A stretch of 64,000 nucleotides of DNA from Myxococcales bacterium (GCA_020632975.1 JACKEL010000001.1:151983-215982); one strand, 5' to 3'; numbered from the stretch's first letter, positions 9,104 through 20,843 are shown. Numbers and translations: made by a program. Notes: a model not told the origin generated them from the sequence alone.

Positions 9104-10105
9104 TTATGAGCGCTCGCTGTCGAGCATGTTCATTTGCCAAGCATCGTAGCGCGTCCCAGCAACGGCATCTTTGGGTACAGCCGCTTCGATGCGCGTGAGA
9201 TCATCAGCATCCAGCACAAGCTCCAAAGCCGCCAAAGCATCGGCAAGATGGCTACGTTTGCGTGCCCCAATCAAAGGGATGACATCTTCGCCTCGCGAAA
9301 TCACCCAAGCTGTAGCGATTTGTGCAACATTGGCCCCTTTCTCTTCAGCGATGCCGCGCAGGGCTTCGACCAACGCGAGATTCTTCTCAAGATTCTCTCC
9401 CTGAAAACGCGGCAGATGACCCCGAAACTCTCGTCCTGCCTGCGACGAGCGTTCGGGGGTCCAGTGCCCACTCAACAAACCACGAGACAACACACCATAC
9501 GCAGAGATCGCGATCCCAAGTTCCCTTGCGGTAGGCAAGATCTCTTCTTCGATATGGCGGCTCACCAAAGAATATTCGATCTGCAACTGCGCGATCGGAT
9601 GGACTTTTGAGGCTCTGCGCAAGGTGTCTGCACCTGCCTCCGAAAGTCCGATATGTCGGACATAACCAGCATCCACCATCTCTTTAATCGCCCCGACTGT
9701 ATCTTCGATCGGCACCTGTGGATCGACACGTGCGGGTTGGTACAAGTCCACATAGTCCGTGCCAAGGCGTTGTAAAGTGTAGGCTAGCGCATTTTTGACC
9801 GCAGCGGGCCGTGTATCGACGCCCAAGAAGCTGCGGTCGGGTGCGCGCAGTGCCCCAAACTTCACAGCGATAAACAGTTTTTCTCGTGGGATCGTCGCCA
9901 AAGCTTCGCGGATCAACAGTTCGTTGTGTCCCATCCCATAAAAATCGCCTGTATCCAAAAGCTGAATCCCCGCATCAACCGCAGCTTGGATCGTAGCCAG
10001 ACTCTCATTGCGATCTGCGGGACCATAAAAGTCTGACATCCCCATGCAGCCCAAGCCCAATGCAGAAACCATCGGTCCATTCGTGCCCAATTGCTTTTGT
10101 TTCAT
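9104..10105 (-). CDS. aldo/keto reductase family oxidoreductase
   Basis: [28 protein letters not shown]... is a typical AKR N-terminus on a TIM-barrel-length (333 aa) protein. GGGAG RBS lies 7 nt upstream of ATG 10105. The track ORF carries a spurious N-terminal extension. Confidence 0.85.
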   Translation of the reverse strand: MKQKQLGTNGPMVSALGLGCMGMSDFYGPADRNESLATIQAAVDAGIQLLDTGDFYGMGHNELLIREALATIPREKLFIAVKFGALRAPDRSFLGVDTRPAAVKNALAYTLQRLGTDYVDLYQPARVDPQVPIEDTVGAIKEMVDAGYVRHIGLSEAGADTLRRASKVHPIAQLQIEYSLVSRHIEEEILPTARELGIAISAYGVLSRGLLSGHWTPERSSQAGREFRGHLPRFQGENLEKNLALVEALRGIAEEKGANVAQIATAWVISRGEDVIPLIGARKRSHLADALAALELVLDADDLTRIEAAVPKDAVAGTRYDAWQMNMLDSERS

Positions 10106-10211
10106 CTGATTTCTCCCATCTGGTTTGTTTTTCATCTTCGTGCAACGGTACATAAATGAATGACGTCTGCCTTGATTTGAAGAGATCTTTCTGTAGAGGG
10201 GATATGCAAAA

Positions 10212-11111
10212 ATGAATAACAAGCCCGCCTCGCCGCATGGCACGCCTGCTTCCTGGGATGATCTGCGTATCTTTGCGCAGGTAGTCCAAAGCGGTAGCCT
10301 TTCCAAAGCAGCAGAGCACCTCAAGATGAGCCAACCCACGATCAGCCGTCATATCCGCTCTTTGGAGCAAAGTCTTGGGGGCCCGATCTTGCAGCGTAAT
10401 GCCACAGGTTGCCAAGCTACCGCGCGCGGCAAAGCCTTGCAACCTCTCATCGAACAGATGTCGCTTGCAGCCTCACACATCCAACGCATCGCCCACTTCC
10501 GTTCAAGCCATCTATCGGGCGTTGTGCGCATCGCTTGCGGGGAACTGATCGGCCGCAGCATCGCCCGAAAAACACCTCTTCTGATCGCAGGTGCACCCGA
10601 TATCCACATCGAGATCCTTGCAGGGATGAAGGACGTCAACTTGGAGCGCGGCGATGCACATATCGCGCTGCGCAACCGCAGACCCGAAACAGGAAACCTG
10701 TACTGTCGGCGTCTAGGCGAGACGCCCTTTGCGGTGTATGCCTCCGTTTCCTTTGCGGAGACCTACCCAGAAGCATGGACAGAAGAACGTTATCAACGCT
10801 GTCGTTGGGCGGCTTTTGTGCCCACCCTCGACCACCTACCAAGCATGCGTTGGTTGCTCCCGCGACTCAAAAAGAACCCACCCGTCTTACGCCTCAGTAC
10901 ATCCATGCTTATACTCGAAACCATCGCATCTGGCGCCGCTTTGGGTCTCTTACCTTTGTTTGTGGGCGACGATGATACGCGCCTTGTCCGCTTGACAGAC
11001 CCCCTCCAAGAACTCTCTCTCGATGCTTGGATGTTGATCCACCAAGATGCACGCGATCTCGAAACCGTGCGGTTGATCGCAGACCGCTTGGCAGAAACCC
11101 TCTACGCGTGA
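10212..11111 (+). CDS. LysR-family transcriptional regulator
   Basis: N-terminal wHTH ([39 protein letters not shown]). Length 299 aa. Divergently transcribed from the AKR gene, which is the classic LysR arrangement. Confidence 0.85.
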   Translation: MNNKPASPHGTPASWDDLRIFAQVVQSGSLSKAAEHLKMSQPTISRHIRSLEQSLGGPILQRNATGCQATARGKALQPLIEQMSLAASHIQRIAHFRSSHLSGVVRIACGELIGRSIARKTPLLIAGAPDIHIEILAGMKDVNLERGDAHIALRNRRPETGNLYCRRLGETPFAVYASVSFAETYPEAWTEERYQRCRWAAFVPTLDHLPSMRWLLPRLKKNPPVLRLSTSMLILETIASGAALGLLPLFVGDDDTRLVRLTDPLQELSLDAWMLIHQDARDLETVRLIADRLAETLYA

Positions 11112-11122
11112 GGCATCCCGCG

Positions 11123-12388
11123 ATGAAAGTCACCTCTCCTCAACACCCCATCTTGCGGATCTTTTGGAAAGCGTGTCGAACGTTTTCCCTCTTCCTTTTC
11201 TCACTTGCGATCTTCAAGCTATCTTGGGTACTTTGGGCCTCGACGGATGCCAAAGCCCTGCTCAGAAAACAAGCCAGAAAAGACCTCTTTTCTCGAAAGA
11301 AGTATCTTCATCAGCGCCTCATCCAAAACCAACTGACGCCAGCCGACCTCCCAAGCTTTCTTCCACCTCGTTTTCGTGGAGAGTGGGCCTTGGTAGCTCA
11401 TTCGATGACGGTCGCTGCCATCACCAACTTGGCGTTTCTTTATCCAGACACCCAACCCACCGCCCAAAAAGAAGTCTCGCTCCTGATCAAAAGGATGTTC
11501 CACCCAAATATCCGCGCTTTTGACACAAGGGCGTGGAGAGAAGACCCCCTTCGTTCTTTGCAGAGCCAACATGGACACATCGGCTATCTGGGCCATCTCA
11601 ACTGGGCGCTAGCAGCACACCATCTTCTCGGCAGCAAGGAACATTCCAAGCTTTTTGAGCAGATCAGCCAAGCCTTGCTCAGAAGATTGAAGAACACCAC
11701 AACTTCCCATCTCGAAACCTACCCAAGAGAGACCTATATCCCCGACAATTCGGTCATCATGGCATCTCTAGCACTCTATGCGCGCATCCACAAACAGCCA
11801 CTCCCAACCGAAGTTCAACGTTGGCTGCGGACTCTCAACAAGCTACGCCACCCCAAGCTCAAACTTTTCCCTTTTTCGCTGAATGTACAAGGAAAAGTCT
11901 CGCAGGGACCGCGTGGAAGCGGCGCAACATGGGATGCGTTCTTTCTGTGCTTCATCGATCCAGCGCTCGCCAAAGCGCACTACCAACACATCAAGTCATA
12001 CTTTTTCGACCAACTTTGGTGGGGGATCGCAGGCATCCGCGAGTGGCCTCGTGGCATCCAAGGATACGGCGATGTTGACTCAGGTCCTGTCCTCTTTGGC
12101 CTAAGCCCCTCTGCCACGGGGTTTGCGATCGGAAGCGCGCACTTTCACAAAGATCAAAAAGTCTTACAAAAGCTCCTTCGCACGGCAGAGATGGCAGGAT
12201 TTACTTTTCAGTGGGGCGGCCAAAGATACTATCTAACCGCTCCCATCGTAGGAGACGCGATCTTGCTTGCGATGCAGAGTCATACACCATGGGATCGGCG
12301 TTTCCTTCACGAGACAAAAGCCTCCCCCACAGATTCGTCGCTCTCGCCAACCACCTCGCGCCCGATATCTTCCCCACTGCAACCTTGA
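11123..12388 (+). CDS. hypothetical membrane-anchored protein (no motif recognised)
   Basis: ATG 11123 is the first ATG in frame. The track ORF starts at an upstream TTG that overlaps lysR. N-terminal TM segment FSLFLFSLAIFKLSWVLWA. 421 aa. No recognisable catalytic motif. Confidence 0.4.
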   Translation: MKVTSPQHPILRIFWKACRTFSLFLFSLAIFKLSWVLWASTDAKALLRKQARKDLFSRKKYLHQRLIQNQLTPADLPSFLPPRFRGEWALVAHSMTVAAITNLAFLYPDTQPTAQKEVSLLIKRMFHPNIRAFDTRAWREDPLRSLQSQHGHIGYLGHLNWALAAHHLLGSKEHSKLFEQISQALLRRLKNTTTSHLETYPRETYIPDNSVIMASLALYARIHKQPLPTEVQRWLRTLNKLRHPKLKLFPFSLNVQGKVSQGPRGSGATWDAFFLCFIDPALAKAHYQHIKSYFFDQLWWGIAGIREWPRGIQGYGDVDSGPVLFGLSPSATGFAIGSAHFHKDQKVLQKLLRTAEMAGFTFQWGGQRYYLTAPIVGDAILLAMQSHTPWDRRFLHETKASPTDSSLSPTTSRPISSPLQP

Positions 12389-12434
12389 GAAGACTTCAAA
12401 CGTCAGACCCCATACCCCAAAACAGGAGCAAGGT

Positions 12435-13352
12435 ATGCCCTTTGTCGAAGCCCCCGCACTCCCCCACTGGATCGAAGAGATGATGCCCTTTCAACGCAAG
12501 GCTTTTTCTTTGCGTTATGACGGACGCATCGAAGGAACCATGCACTTTGTCGATCACGGATCGCCCCAAGCCCAACCGCTGCTGCTCGTCCATGGAAACC
12601 CTGCTTGGAGCTTTCTGTGGCGCAAGATCATTCAAGCACTCGATCCACAACGCTTTCGTTGTATCGCCCCAGATCTACTGGGCTTTGGAGCTTCCACAAA
12701 GCTCCCGAAGCTTGGGGACCATAGCCTCAAAGCCCATGTCGATGCAGTCACCCAACTCGTCGAAGCCCTCGATCTGAAGCAAGTCATCCTTGTCGGGCAA
12801 GACTGGGGAGGGCCGATCGCCACAGGTGTAGGAGCCCGCTGTCCCGAACGAATCGCAGGCATCGTCCTTGGTAACACATCTGTCCTTGCTCCCAAAAGAC
12901 CCAAAGGCACGCTCTTTCATCGCTTTGCGCAGCTCCCCATCCTCAGTAATTTGGTGTTTTACGGATTCAACTTTCCCCAAAGCATCCTGCAGCGCGTCCA
13001 AGGCGATCCCACATCGATCCAAAGAGAAGTCAAAAAAGCCTATCTCTGGCCTTTTCGCAGCTTTTCGTCTCGTTCCGCACCATTGGCTCTCGCACGCATG
13101 GTCCCCAATCATCCAGAACATCCGACCATGCAACCTCTCCAACAAATCGAAGCTTGGTTGCGCAGTTTTACGGGACCGATGGCGCTGGTCTGGGGAGAAC
13201 GTGACCCCGTCCTTGGAAAGGCCCTCAAACGACACACCCAAGCCTTTCCCCAAGCCACCGTCACGATCACACAAGCTGGGCACTTCCTCCAAGAAGAAGT
13301 CCCACAAGAGTTTGTCCTTGCCATCGAGCAGATCGCCAAGTCCTCCCTTTAA
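12435..13352 (+). CDS. alpha/beta hydrolase, haloalkane-dehalogenase-like
   Basis: LLVHGNPAWSFLWR and VGQDWGG motifs are typical of the HLD/DhaA family. AGGAG lies 7 nt upstream of ATG 12435. Confidence 0.75.
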   Translation: MPFVEAPALPHWIEEMMPFQRKAFSLRYDGRIEGTMHFVDHGSPQAQPLLLVHGNPAWSFLWRKIIQALDPQRFRCIAPDLLGFGASTKLPKLGDHSLKAHVDAVTQLVEALDLKQVILVGQDWGGPIATGVGARCPERIAGIVLGNTSVLAPKRPKGTLFHRFAQLPILSNLVFYGFNFPQSILQRVQGDPTSIQREVKKAYLWPFRSFSSRSAPLALARMVPNHPEHPTMQPLQQIEAWLRSFTGPMALVWGERDPVLGKALKRHTQAFPQATVTITQAGHFLQEEVPQEFVLAIEQIAKSSL

Positions 13353-13555
13353 CCCGCAAAGAACATAACCATGCACGCACAACCCAAACGCTCGCAAGTC
13401 TCCCCTTGCACACAACGTTTTCTCCCACAGAAAGCTCAGATCCTTTTCAAAACATCTCTCGTTGCCCCTGCACGCTTGCGTACAATCAACACTGCGAGTA
13501 GCGTTCACTGACGTGACTCTTCTTTTCAAGAAGCCCTTACCCTCTGGAGAAAAAC

Positions 13556-15079
13556 ATGAAACGACTCAAAACATGGTTGTTTTGGATCGCCGCCCTCGCT
13601 CTCATCGGCGTCCTGATATGGCAATGGCGAAAGCCCGATCCCAAGAAAGCAAAACGCGGACGCCGTGGTGGCGCAGTCGTCGTTGAAGTCACCAATGTTA
13701 AACGCGGCGAGATCGTCGATGAAGGCCAATACATCGGCTCTTTGCTACCTCGTTATCAATACACGGTCTCCCCCCAAATTGGTGGACGCCTCAACCTGCT
13801 CAAAGTCCGTGTAGGCGACAAAGTCAAACCCAACGATCTCCTCGCAACCATCGAAAACAACGAAGTGGTTCAGCAGGTTGAACAAGCGCTCGCAGAAGTA
13901 CGCGTCGCCAATGCCCAATTGGAAGAACAAAAAAGCCGACTGTCTAAGGCTTACAAAGATTATCAACGCACACGTACACTCAGCCAACGCAAACTCGTCT
14001 CACAAACCGACCGTGAAGCCGCTGAGTCCGCCTACAAGATCGAAGCAGCCAAGCTTAAAGTCGCACAAGCTTCTTTGTCGCAAAAACGCTCCCTCTTGCG
14101 CTCTGCACGTGTAAGACTTTCTTACACACGCATCACCGCACAGTGGGTCCGCAGACCACTCAGCCAAGCACGTCGCCGCGAACTCATGGAAGCAGGCGAA
14201 ACCATCGAAGCGCAAGAAGAGTCAAACGACAAAGCCAAAAATGGCAAAGCCAAAAATACCAAAAAGAATGGTAAAAATGGCAAAAAGACCAAAGCCAAGA
14301 AAACCAAAGCCAAAAAGAACGGTAAAAACGGAAAAACCAAAAATGGCAAAGCCAAAAATACCAAAAAGAATGGTAAAAATGGCAAAGCCAAAAATGGCAA
14401 GGCAGCCCCAGCCAAAGAAGCAGAGCAAGAGACCTTTCGCATGGTGGGCGAGCGCTTGGTGGACGAAGGCTCGTTGGTTCAACCCAACGCCCCGATGTTG
14501 ACGCTGCTGGATATCCGCTCGGTCATCGCCGTGATTTATGTAACCGAGAAAGACTATATCCGACTTCGTGTAGGACAACCTGCTTACGCTACAACGTATG
14601 TTTACAAAAACCGTACTTTTGCAGGAAAAGTCGTTCGCATCGCCCCCATGCTCAAAGAAAGCTCACGCCTTGCGCGCGTTGAGATCGAGATCCACAACGA
14701 AGATCTCGCACTCAAACCGGGGATGTTTGTGCGCCTCCGCGTAGAGTACGCACGTTATCCCAAGGCTACGTTGATTCCACGTATCGCCCTCGTCCAACGT
14801 GACGACAAGTCGGGCGTTTTCCACGTCGACCCCAAGAAAAAAGTCGCCTCTTTTCTCCCCCTCAAACTGGGTGTCCAAACCGTCAGCACAGTGCAGGTCC
14901 TCACGCCTCTCGCTGGCCAAGTCGTCACACTGGGCTATCACCTCTTGCGCAACGGTTCGAAGATCCAAATCGGTTCCAAGGACGCGAAAAAAGGCAAAAA
15001 AGGCAAGGGTGGAAAAAAGGGTAAAAAAGGCAAGGGCAAACGCAAGAACGGCAAAGATCGCCGCAAACAAGGAGGCTGA
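13556..15079 (+). CDS. RND efflux periplasmic adaptor (HlyD/MFP family) with Lys-rich repeat insertion and poly-Lys/Gly tail
   Basis: N-terminal TM anchor, coiled-coil hairpin, lipoyl-like and beta-barrel segments (RITAQWVRRP..., VQPNAPMLTLLDIRSVIAVIYVTEKD). The insertion is AKNGKAKNTKKNGKNGKKTKAKKTKAKKNGKNGKTKNGKAKNTKKNGKNGKAKNGK. The C-terminal tail is KKGKKGKGGKKGKKGKGKRKNGK. GGAG RBS. The gene directly precedes the RND pump. Confidence 0.8.
   Translation: MKRLKTWLFWIAALALIGVLIWQWRKPDPKKAKRGRRGGAVVVEVTNVKRGEIVDEGQYIGSLLPRYQYTVSPQIGGRLNLLKVRVGDKVKPNDLLATIENNEVVQQVEQALAEVRVANAQLEEQKSRLSKAYKDYQRTRTLSQRKLVSQTDREAAESAYKIEAAKLKVAQASLSQKRSLLRSARVRLSYTRITAQWVRRPLSQARRRELMEAGETIEAQEESNDKAKNGKAKNTKKNGKNGKKTKAKKTKAKKNGKNGKTKNGKAKNTKKNGKNGKAKNGKAAPAKEAEQETFRMVGERLVDEGSLVQPNAPMLTLLDIRSVIAVIYVTEKDYIRLRVGQPAYATTYVYKNRTFAGKVVRIAPMLKESSRLARVEIEIHNEDLALKPGMFVRLRVEYARYPKATLIPRIALVQRDDKSGVFHVDPKKKVASFLPLKLGVQTVSTVQVLTPLAGQVVTLGYHLLRNGSKIQIGSKDAKKGKKGKGGKKGKKGKGKRKNGKDRRKQGG
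14237..14385 (+). repeat. about 47-bp perfect direct repeat (2 copies, period about 102 bp) encoding KNGKAKNTKKNGKNGK within the MFP gene
   Basis: aaaatggcaaagccaaaaataccaaaaagaatggtaaaaatggcaaa occurs at about 14237-14284 and again at about 14339-14385. Confidence 0.7.
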
Positions 15080-15081
15080 GC

Positions 15082-18000
15082 ATGTCCATTGCAGGTCTCT
15101 CCGTACGCCGTCCAGTCCTTGTCTCGATGGCGACACTCATCGCGGTGTTGCTTGGGGCGGTTGCATTTTTCCGCCTCCCCGTGGACTTGATGCCTGACGT
15201 TAGTTACCCGACTCTTTCTGTGTCTTCGACCTACGAGAACGCAAGCCCCGAAGAGATCGAGCAGTTGTTGACGCGACCTCTCGAAGAAGCCCTCAACGCG
15301 GTCCCTGGCGTGCAAGAAGTCTCGTCTGTTTCAGTCGAAGGTAGCAGCCAGATCCGCGTCACCTTCGCTTGGGGCGTCGATCTTGAAGCCGCTGCCAACG
15401 ATATCCGCGACCGTATGGACCGCGTTATCGGGAAACTTCCCGAACAAGCGACACGACCGACGTTGCGCAAGTTTGACCCCGCGAGCCAACCGATCTTGAT
15501 CCTTGGTGTATCGAGCGAGATCCCGATGATGCAAGCCAAACGCATCATTGAAGATCAAGTCAAACAGCGCATCGAACGTGTTCCAGGCGTTGCATCACTC
15601 GATATCCTCGGTGGCGACGAGCGCGAGATCCACGTCGACATCTACACAGGCAAGATGCGCTCTTTGGGTTTGTCGTTGGATCAGCTTCTACAACGACTCA
15701 AGGCAGAGAACTTCAACTCTCCCGCAGGCCCCGTAGAACGCGGAAACATCGAAGTCAACATCCGCACGGTTGGGCAGTTCCAAAAGATCGAAGAACTCAG
15801 GAATACCGTAGTCTTCGTGCGTGATGGTGCCCCAATCTACCTCAAAACCATCGCTCGCGTCTCAGACACCCGCAAAAAGCGCGCACAAATCGTCCGCGTC
15901 AACGGCAAGCCAGGTATCCGCCTTGCCATCCAAAAACAAGCGGGAACCAACACGGTCGAAGTCGCCAAACGCGTCCTCAAAGAACTTGAGCTGATCAACC
16001 GCGATGTAACGGCCCTGACCATCGTCCCGATCATCGACAACTCCAAGTACATCCAGCGCTCCATCGACAACATCGGTGAGTCCGTTATCTTGGGTGGTGT
16101 GCTGGCGATCCTCGTGATCTTATTCTTCCTCCGAAACTTTGGTAGTACCGTCGTTATCGCGCTCTCCATTCCGATCTCGATCGTGTGTACGTTTGCCCTC
16201 GTTTATTTTGCAGGCTTTACACTCAACTTGATGACCTTGGGCGGTCTTGCGCTCGGGGTCGGGATGCTCGTGGACAACTCGATTGTTGTCTTGGAAAACA
16301 TCTATCGACACCGAGAGGACGGGCTTACCCCACGTGAAGCAGCGATCCGCGGAGGTGACGAACTCACAGCAGCGATCATCGCTTCGACTTTGACGACCTT
16401 GGTTGTCTTCCTCCCTTTGATCTTTGCACGCGGTGTATCGGGTGCTTTGTTCAAGCAGCTTGCTTATGTTGTGGCCTTCGCACTCGTCTGCTCGCTGGTT
16501 GTGGCGCTCACGCTGGTCCCGATGTTTGCAGCGAGACTGCTTTCGCACGACCTCAATGCCCCCCAAGATCCGAACAGTTGGAGCGTAAGACTCTTTGCAC
16601 TCAGTGAAAAGCTTTTTACAGGGCTCGAATCCTTTTATGGATGGGCTCTTCGAAAAACCCTGAATTCACCGAGTACATTGATGGGTTTGATCATCTTGGC
16701 ACTCTTGGCTTCGTTGCTTTGTATGCGCGGTATCGGCTTCGAGTTGATGCCCTCCGCAGACGAAGGTGAACTACGCCTGAGCCTCAAGATGGAACCAGGG
16801 ATCCGCCTTGGCATCATGGAAACCAAGATCAAACAAATCGAAGCTGTCGTGCGAAAAGAAATCCCCGAACTCGTCAACATGGAAACCCGCGTAGGTGGGG
16901 GAGGATGGCGGGGTGGTGGCAACAACTCAGGCGAGATCCGCATCACCCTGAGTTCTCGAACAAAACGCAAGCGCTCCTCTGATCAAGTCGCCGCTGCGCT
17001 GTTTCGTAAAGTCCGCAACATCCCTGGGATGACGGTGCGTGTACGCGTCAGCAAAGGTATGTTTATGTTGAAACGTGCCATGAGCGGCGGAGATGAAAAG
17101 ATCCAATTGGAGATCCAAGGCTTCGATCTCAAGCAGAGTGCGGCCCTTGCGCGCAAGATCCAAGATGTAGCCGAAGAGATCCCTGGCGTCACAGATGCCC
17201 AACTCAGCCAAAGCGCAGAAGCCACCAACCCAGAACAATTCTTACAAATTGATCGCCAACGCGCGGGAGAGATGAATCTGAGCGTCACTCAGATCGCAAA
17301 CCTCCTTCAGACGGTCTTTACGGGTAGCATCGTCGGTTATTATCGAGAGGGCGGAAAAGAATACCCCATCCGTGTTCAATTCCGTAATGCCACCAAACTT
17401 TCCCAAGACGAGATCGAAACCCTTACACTCACCAACAGCGCGAACCAAGTGATCCAGCTAGGAAGCATCCTGCGAACAGAAAGTCGCCGTGGGCCCGGAC
17501 GGATCGAACGCCGCGCACAACAACGTATCGTTACCCTTGCGGTCAACGTCGTTGGGCGCGACATCAGTTCTGTCGTCGAAGACCTTCGTCTCGCAATCAA
17601 CAACATCCCCAAACCAACAGGCGTTTACGTTGCCTTCACGGGAGACCTTGAAGAACAACGAGCAGCCTTCCTTGAGTTGGTGTTTAGCATCCTGCTCTCT
17701 CTCTTGTTGGTGTATATGGTGATGGCGAGCTTGTACGAAAACTTCGCAGACCCCTTCATCGTCATGGGCTCCGTTCCTCTCGCTGCCATCGGTGTTTTGG
17801 TAACACTTTACTTCACGGGCACCACGCTGAACATGCAGTCGATGATCGGTTGCATGATGCTTGGCGGGATCGTCGTCAATAACGCGATCTTGCTCGTCGA
17901 TACAAACAACCAACTGCGTATCGAACAACCCTTGCTCCCCTTGAGCGATGTGGTCCGCGAGTCTGCAACACGACGCCTCCGCCCCATCTTGATGACCTCG

Positions 18001-18231
18001 CTCACCACCATCCTTGGCCTTCTTCCGATGGCCATTGGTGCTGGTGAAGGTGGCGAAGCACAAGCACCACTCGCAAGAGCTGTGATCGGGGGCCTTCTCA
18101 GCTCCACGATGATCACGTTGTTCTTTATCCCTTCGTTCTATCAGATCTACTACCGCAACCGCCCTGCCCCCGAACCCATCGACGCAGGCACCCCACCCAC
18201 AACCTCACCCACGGCCTCACCCACGGCCTAA
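15082..18231 (+). CDS. RND efflux transporter permease (AcrB/HAE family)
   Basis: 1049 aa with 12-TM architecture and large periplasmic loops. The N-terminus [40 protein letters not shown] is AcrB-like. AGGAGG RBS. The gene overlaps the MFP stop region. No outer-membrane factor gene is adjacent. Confidence 0.9.
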   Translation: MSIAGLSVRRPVLVSMATLIAVLLGAVAFFRLPVDLMPDVSYPTLSVSSTYENASPEEIEQLLTRPLEEALNAVPGVQEVSSVSVEGSSQIRVTFAWGVDLEAAANDIRDRMDRVIGKLPEQATRPTLRKFDPASQPILILGVSSEIPMMQAKRIIEDQVKQRIERVPGVASLDILGGDEREIHVDIYTGKMRSLGLSLDQLLQRLKAENFNSPAGPVERGNIEVNIRTVGQFQKIEELRNTVVFVRDGAPIYLKTIARVSDTRKKRAQIVRVNGKPGIRLAIQKQAGTNTVEVAKRVLKELELINRDVTALTIVPIIDNSKYIQRSIDNIGESVILGGVLAILVILFFLRNFGSTVVIALSIPISIVCTFALVYFAGFTLNLMTLGGLALGVGMLVDNSIVVLENIYRHREDGLTPREAAIRGGDELTAAIIASTLTTLVVFLPLIFARGVSGALFKQLAYVVAFALVCSLVVALTLVPMFAARLLSHDLNAPQDPNSWSVRLFALSEKLFTGLESFYGWALRKTLNSPSTLMGLIILALLASLLCMRGIGFELMPSADEGELRLSLKMEPGIRLGIMETKIKQIEAVVRKEIPELVNMETRVGGGGWRGGGNNSGEIRITLSSRTKRKRSSDQVAAALFRKVRNIPGMTVRVRVSKGMFMLKRAMSGGDEKIQLEIQGFDLKQSAALARKIQDVAEEIPGVTDAQLSQSAEATNPEQFLQIDRQRAGEMNLSVTQIANLLQTVFTGSIVGYYREGGKEYPIRVQFRNATKLSQDEIETLTLTNSANQVIQLGSILRTESRRGPGRIERRAQQRIVTLAVNVVGRDISSVVEDLRLAINNIPKPTGVYVAFTGDLEEQRAAFLELVFSILLSLLLVYMVMASLYENFADPFIVMGSVPLAAIGVLVTLYFTGTTLNMQSMIGCMMLGGIVVNNAILLVDTNNQLRIEQPLLPLSDVVRESATRRLRPILMTSLTTILGLLPMAIGAGEGGEAQAPLARAVIGGLLSSTMITLFFIPSFYQIYYRNRPAPEPIDAGTPPTTSPTASPTA

Positions 18232-20766
18232 CCCCCAGCCTTCTCGCCTTCTTCGTACCGCAAGCAACAAGAACAATCCAAACAAACCACCCAACCATGC
18301 GGTGCCTTCGACCGATTGGCAGCCCATCCGCATCAAAGGTGCGCAGTTCGGGCCTTCACAAGCCGCTTGCGAGACCTGACAGATCTCCTTCGAACTATCG
18401 CACAAATAAGAGCTTGTGCTTTTGGACTCTTCCAACCAAGAGATCGGTGCCCCTTCTTGGCAGACCCCTTGGTAACAAGATGCGCCATCTGCACAACCGC
18501 AGTCCGCAGCGCAACCAGAGCAGTCCTCACCAAAGCTACAGACACCATCGCCGCAACGCGGTGCTTGCTCGTTTTCGTTGCAGTATCCGAGACCTCCAGC
18601 CAAACTCACCTGACAAAATCGACCACTTGGACATCCATGGACCGCAGAGCATCCACAAAACCCTTCATTCGGCTTGTTTCCAGGGATCACACATGCGCCA
18701 CCAGTGACCGAACAACCACCAGCTTCGCCAGGAACACAAGGTTCCAAACAGACCGAACCTTCACTGAGGTTCGCGCAAACCAAACCTGTTGCACACGCAT
18801 CCAAGGCCGAACAACGCTCACCCACGCCACGCGCTCGGCGACAAACACACGCCGCGCTATTGACATGACAAGCCACATCTTTGCTTGCATCGCGGCAGGT
18901 GGTGCCCGCCATACAACCGACTTCACCTAGCGTAGGAGGAGGAGGCGCACATGCCCCGATATCTTTGCGGAAGATCTGTTGAAACAAACCCTTCTCACAA
19001 CGACCCGTTTTGCACTGGCTATCTTGTGAACACACGCAAGACTTCCCTACACCCGTGATGTTCATGCAGCTACCACCATTGGAACAGTCTGCGTCAACCT
19101 CACAACGCTGTGCAAAACAAACAGGCGAGGGATAACCGATATCCGCGCAAAATCCGCCCAAGCCACACGCACCATCTCGACAAAAAGATCCAGGTGTTCC
19201 CAAAGAACGCTCCAACGCTCGTTGGGCAGGAGCTCCACAAAGGCGCTGACAAACACGTTTGTTCTCGTGGTTGTAGGCACACTGCAATCCAGGGGCACAG
19301 GGATGTGCATCATCGCATGACTGCTCAAGAGCCCGACCTTTGGGCATTTGACACTGGCCCCCACGACAAACTTGGGAACCCGAACAGTCGCGATCACTTT
19401 GGCAACCACACATCCCGCTGACAGGTACGCAAGAACGACCGCCGCCGATCTCTTGGCAAGCATAACCCGAAGGACAAAAGACCCCAGCTTCACACGCTTG
19501 CAAACAACGAGAGGTCTCAGCACCCAACTTCACGCATCGCTGACCCACTGCACAAGTACCACTTTGACAAGCTCCACATGCCCCCGCAGCCACCGCCACA
19601 TCAGGAACAGAACACTTCCCAGAGCGACAGATCTCACCAGCACCGCAGTCATCATTTTTCTTACAAGTGGTTTCAGAACACGAGCCCGCCAAAGGCAAGC
19701 ATTGTTTGACACCTTGGATCGTTCCGCAAGCATAGCCCGCAGGACAAGCATCATCGCGTCCACAAGTCTGCAAACAACGATATCCTTCCGCCAAACGAGC
19801 ACAAAAATTCCCGTTTCCACCGCACTCTTGCGAGACAGAACAAGGACGACAAAGACGCCCATGACTCGCGGCTTCAGTCGGCACACAAACACCATCTCGA
19901 CACTGTGCCCCCACACCACACGAGCTATCTCCTTGGCACGCGGGGAACTCTTGCTGCTCGACTTGTTCCATCCAACTTCGATAGACATCCACGCGGAAAG
20001 CAACCGAACTACCGTCACAACGAGACTGTCCAGTATCGTCTTTGGTGCCCATCCCATAAGAGATCACACCTGCAACAACCAAACCTCCCGACTCTTGGAG
20101 CAAAACAGGACCGCCTGAGTCACCACTACAAGCACTGCGTCCCATCGCATAACCTTCGAGGCGATCCGCTTGCATCTTCAACAAAGGCAAGATCGCTTGA
20201 AAACGACGCTTCGCACCCACCACAAAAGGAGTCGTCTGCAACAGACCGTAGCCTGTCCACACCATCTCTGTACCAATCGCCAAAGAGTCCATCGGACGGG
20301 AAACAACAGGCAAAGGCTGCGCGTGATGAACCACACGATCCAAAAACAAAAGCCCCAGATCATTTTGCGGGACCTGTCCAAGCTCCGCTGACGAAGCGGG
20401 ATGCTCGATGGCTTTTGTGACTGTGTAATAGGCACTTGAGATCTCGCCATGGATGGGAAGATCCAAACGAAACTCCACGGGAGTCCCTGCTTTCATCAGG
20501 CGATGGATCTCTTGGATACAGTGGGCTGCCGTCAAAACGGTACGCCCTTGAATCAAAGCACCCGAACAAAAAGGAATGCCTCGTCGCGCAACCAAAGCCC
20601 CGACCCCTTGCATCCGCTCTGCGGGAACGCCCCCGATGATCTTTTTCTCCTGGACCCCGATCTCTTCGGGGCTATATTCGTTTGCACATCCCATCGCTAG
20701 GAGCGCCAAACCTACCAAACAAAACAAGCCTACCCAACGAAAAAGCCCGCTTCCGTGCCGCTTCAT
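18217..20766 (-). CDS. secreted trypsin-like (S1) serine protease lipoprotein with about 15 Cys-rich modules and C-terminal MYXO-CTERM-type sorting tail
   Basis: Start MKRHGSGLFRWVGLFCLVGLALLAMGC (lipobox). Catalytic triad His in TAAHC, Asp in QNDLGLLFL, Ser in GDSGGP. Repeated C-x3-DC-x2-G-x2-C-x3-G-x-C modules follow. The C-terminus is ...[36 protein letters not shown] (GC, hydrophobic span, Arg cluster). Confidence 0.8.
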   Translation of the reverse strand: MKRHGSGLFRWVGLFCLVGLALLAMGCANEYSPEEIGVQEKKIIGGVPAERMQGVGALVARRGIPFCSGALIQGRTVLTAAHCIQEIHRLMKAGTPVEFRLDLPIHGEISSAYYTVTKAIEHPASSAELGQVPQNDLGLLFLDRVVHHAQPLPVVSRPMDSLAIGTEMVWTGYGLLQTTPFVVGAKRRFQAILPLLKMQADRLEGYAMGRSACSGDSGGPVLLQESGGLVVAGVISYGMGTKDDTGQSRCDGSSVAFRVDVYRSWMEQVEQQEFPACQGDSSCGVGAQCRDGVCVPTEAASHGRLCRPCSVSQECGGNGNFCARLAEGYRCLQTCGRDDACPAGYACGTIQGVKQCLPLAGSCSETTCKKNDDCGAGEICRSGKCSVPDVAVAAGACGACQSGTCAVGQRCVKLGAETSRCLQACEAGVFCPSGYACQEIGGGRSCVPVSGMCGCQSDRDCSGSQVCRGGQCQMPKGRALEQSCDDAHPCAPGLQCAYNHENKRVCQRLCGAPAQRALERSLGTPGSFCRDGACGLGGFCADIGYPSPVCFAQRCEVDADCSNGGSCMNITGVGKSCVCSQDSQCKTGRCEKGLFQQIFRKDIGACAPPPPTLGEVGCMAGTTCRDASKDVACHVNSAACVCRRARGVGERCSALDACATGLVCANLSEGSVCLEPCVPGEAGGCSVTGGACVIPGNKPNEGFCGCSAVHGCPSGRFCQVSLAGGLGYCNENEQAPRCGDGVCSFGEDCSGCAADCGCADGASCYQGVCQEGAPISWLEESKSTSSYLCDSSKEICQVSQAACEGPNCAPLMRMGCQSVEGTAWLGGLFGLFLLLAVRRRREGWGLGRG

Positions 20767-20843
20767 CGCACTTCTCCCGTCCCGCATCCCTTGCAGGAAT
20801 TATTCAGAAAAATTCTTAGATGAGATATGCCATCAAGGAGAGA

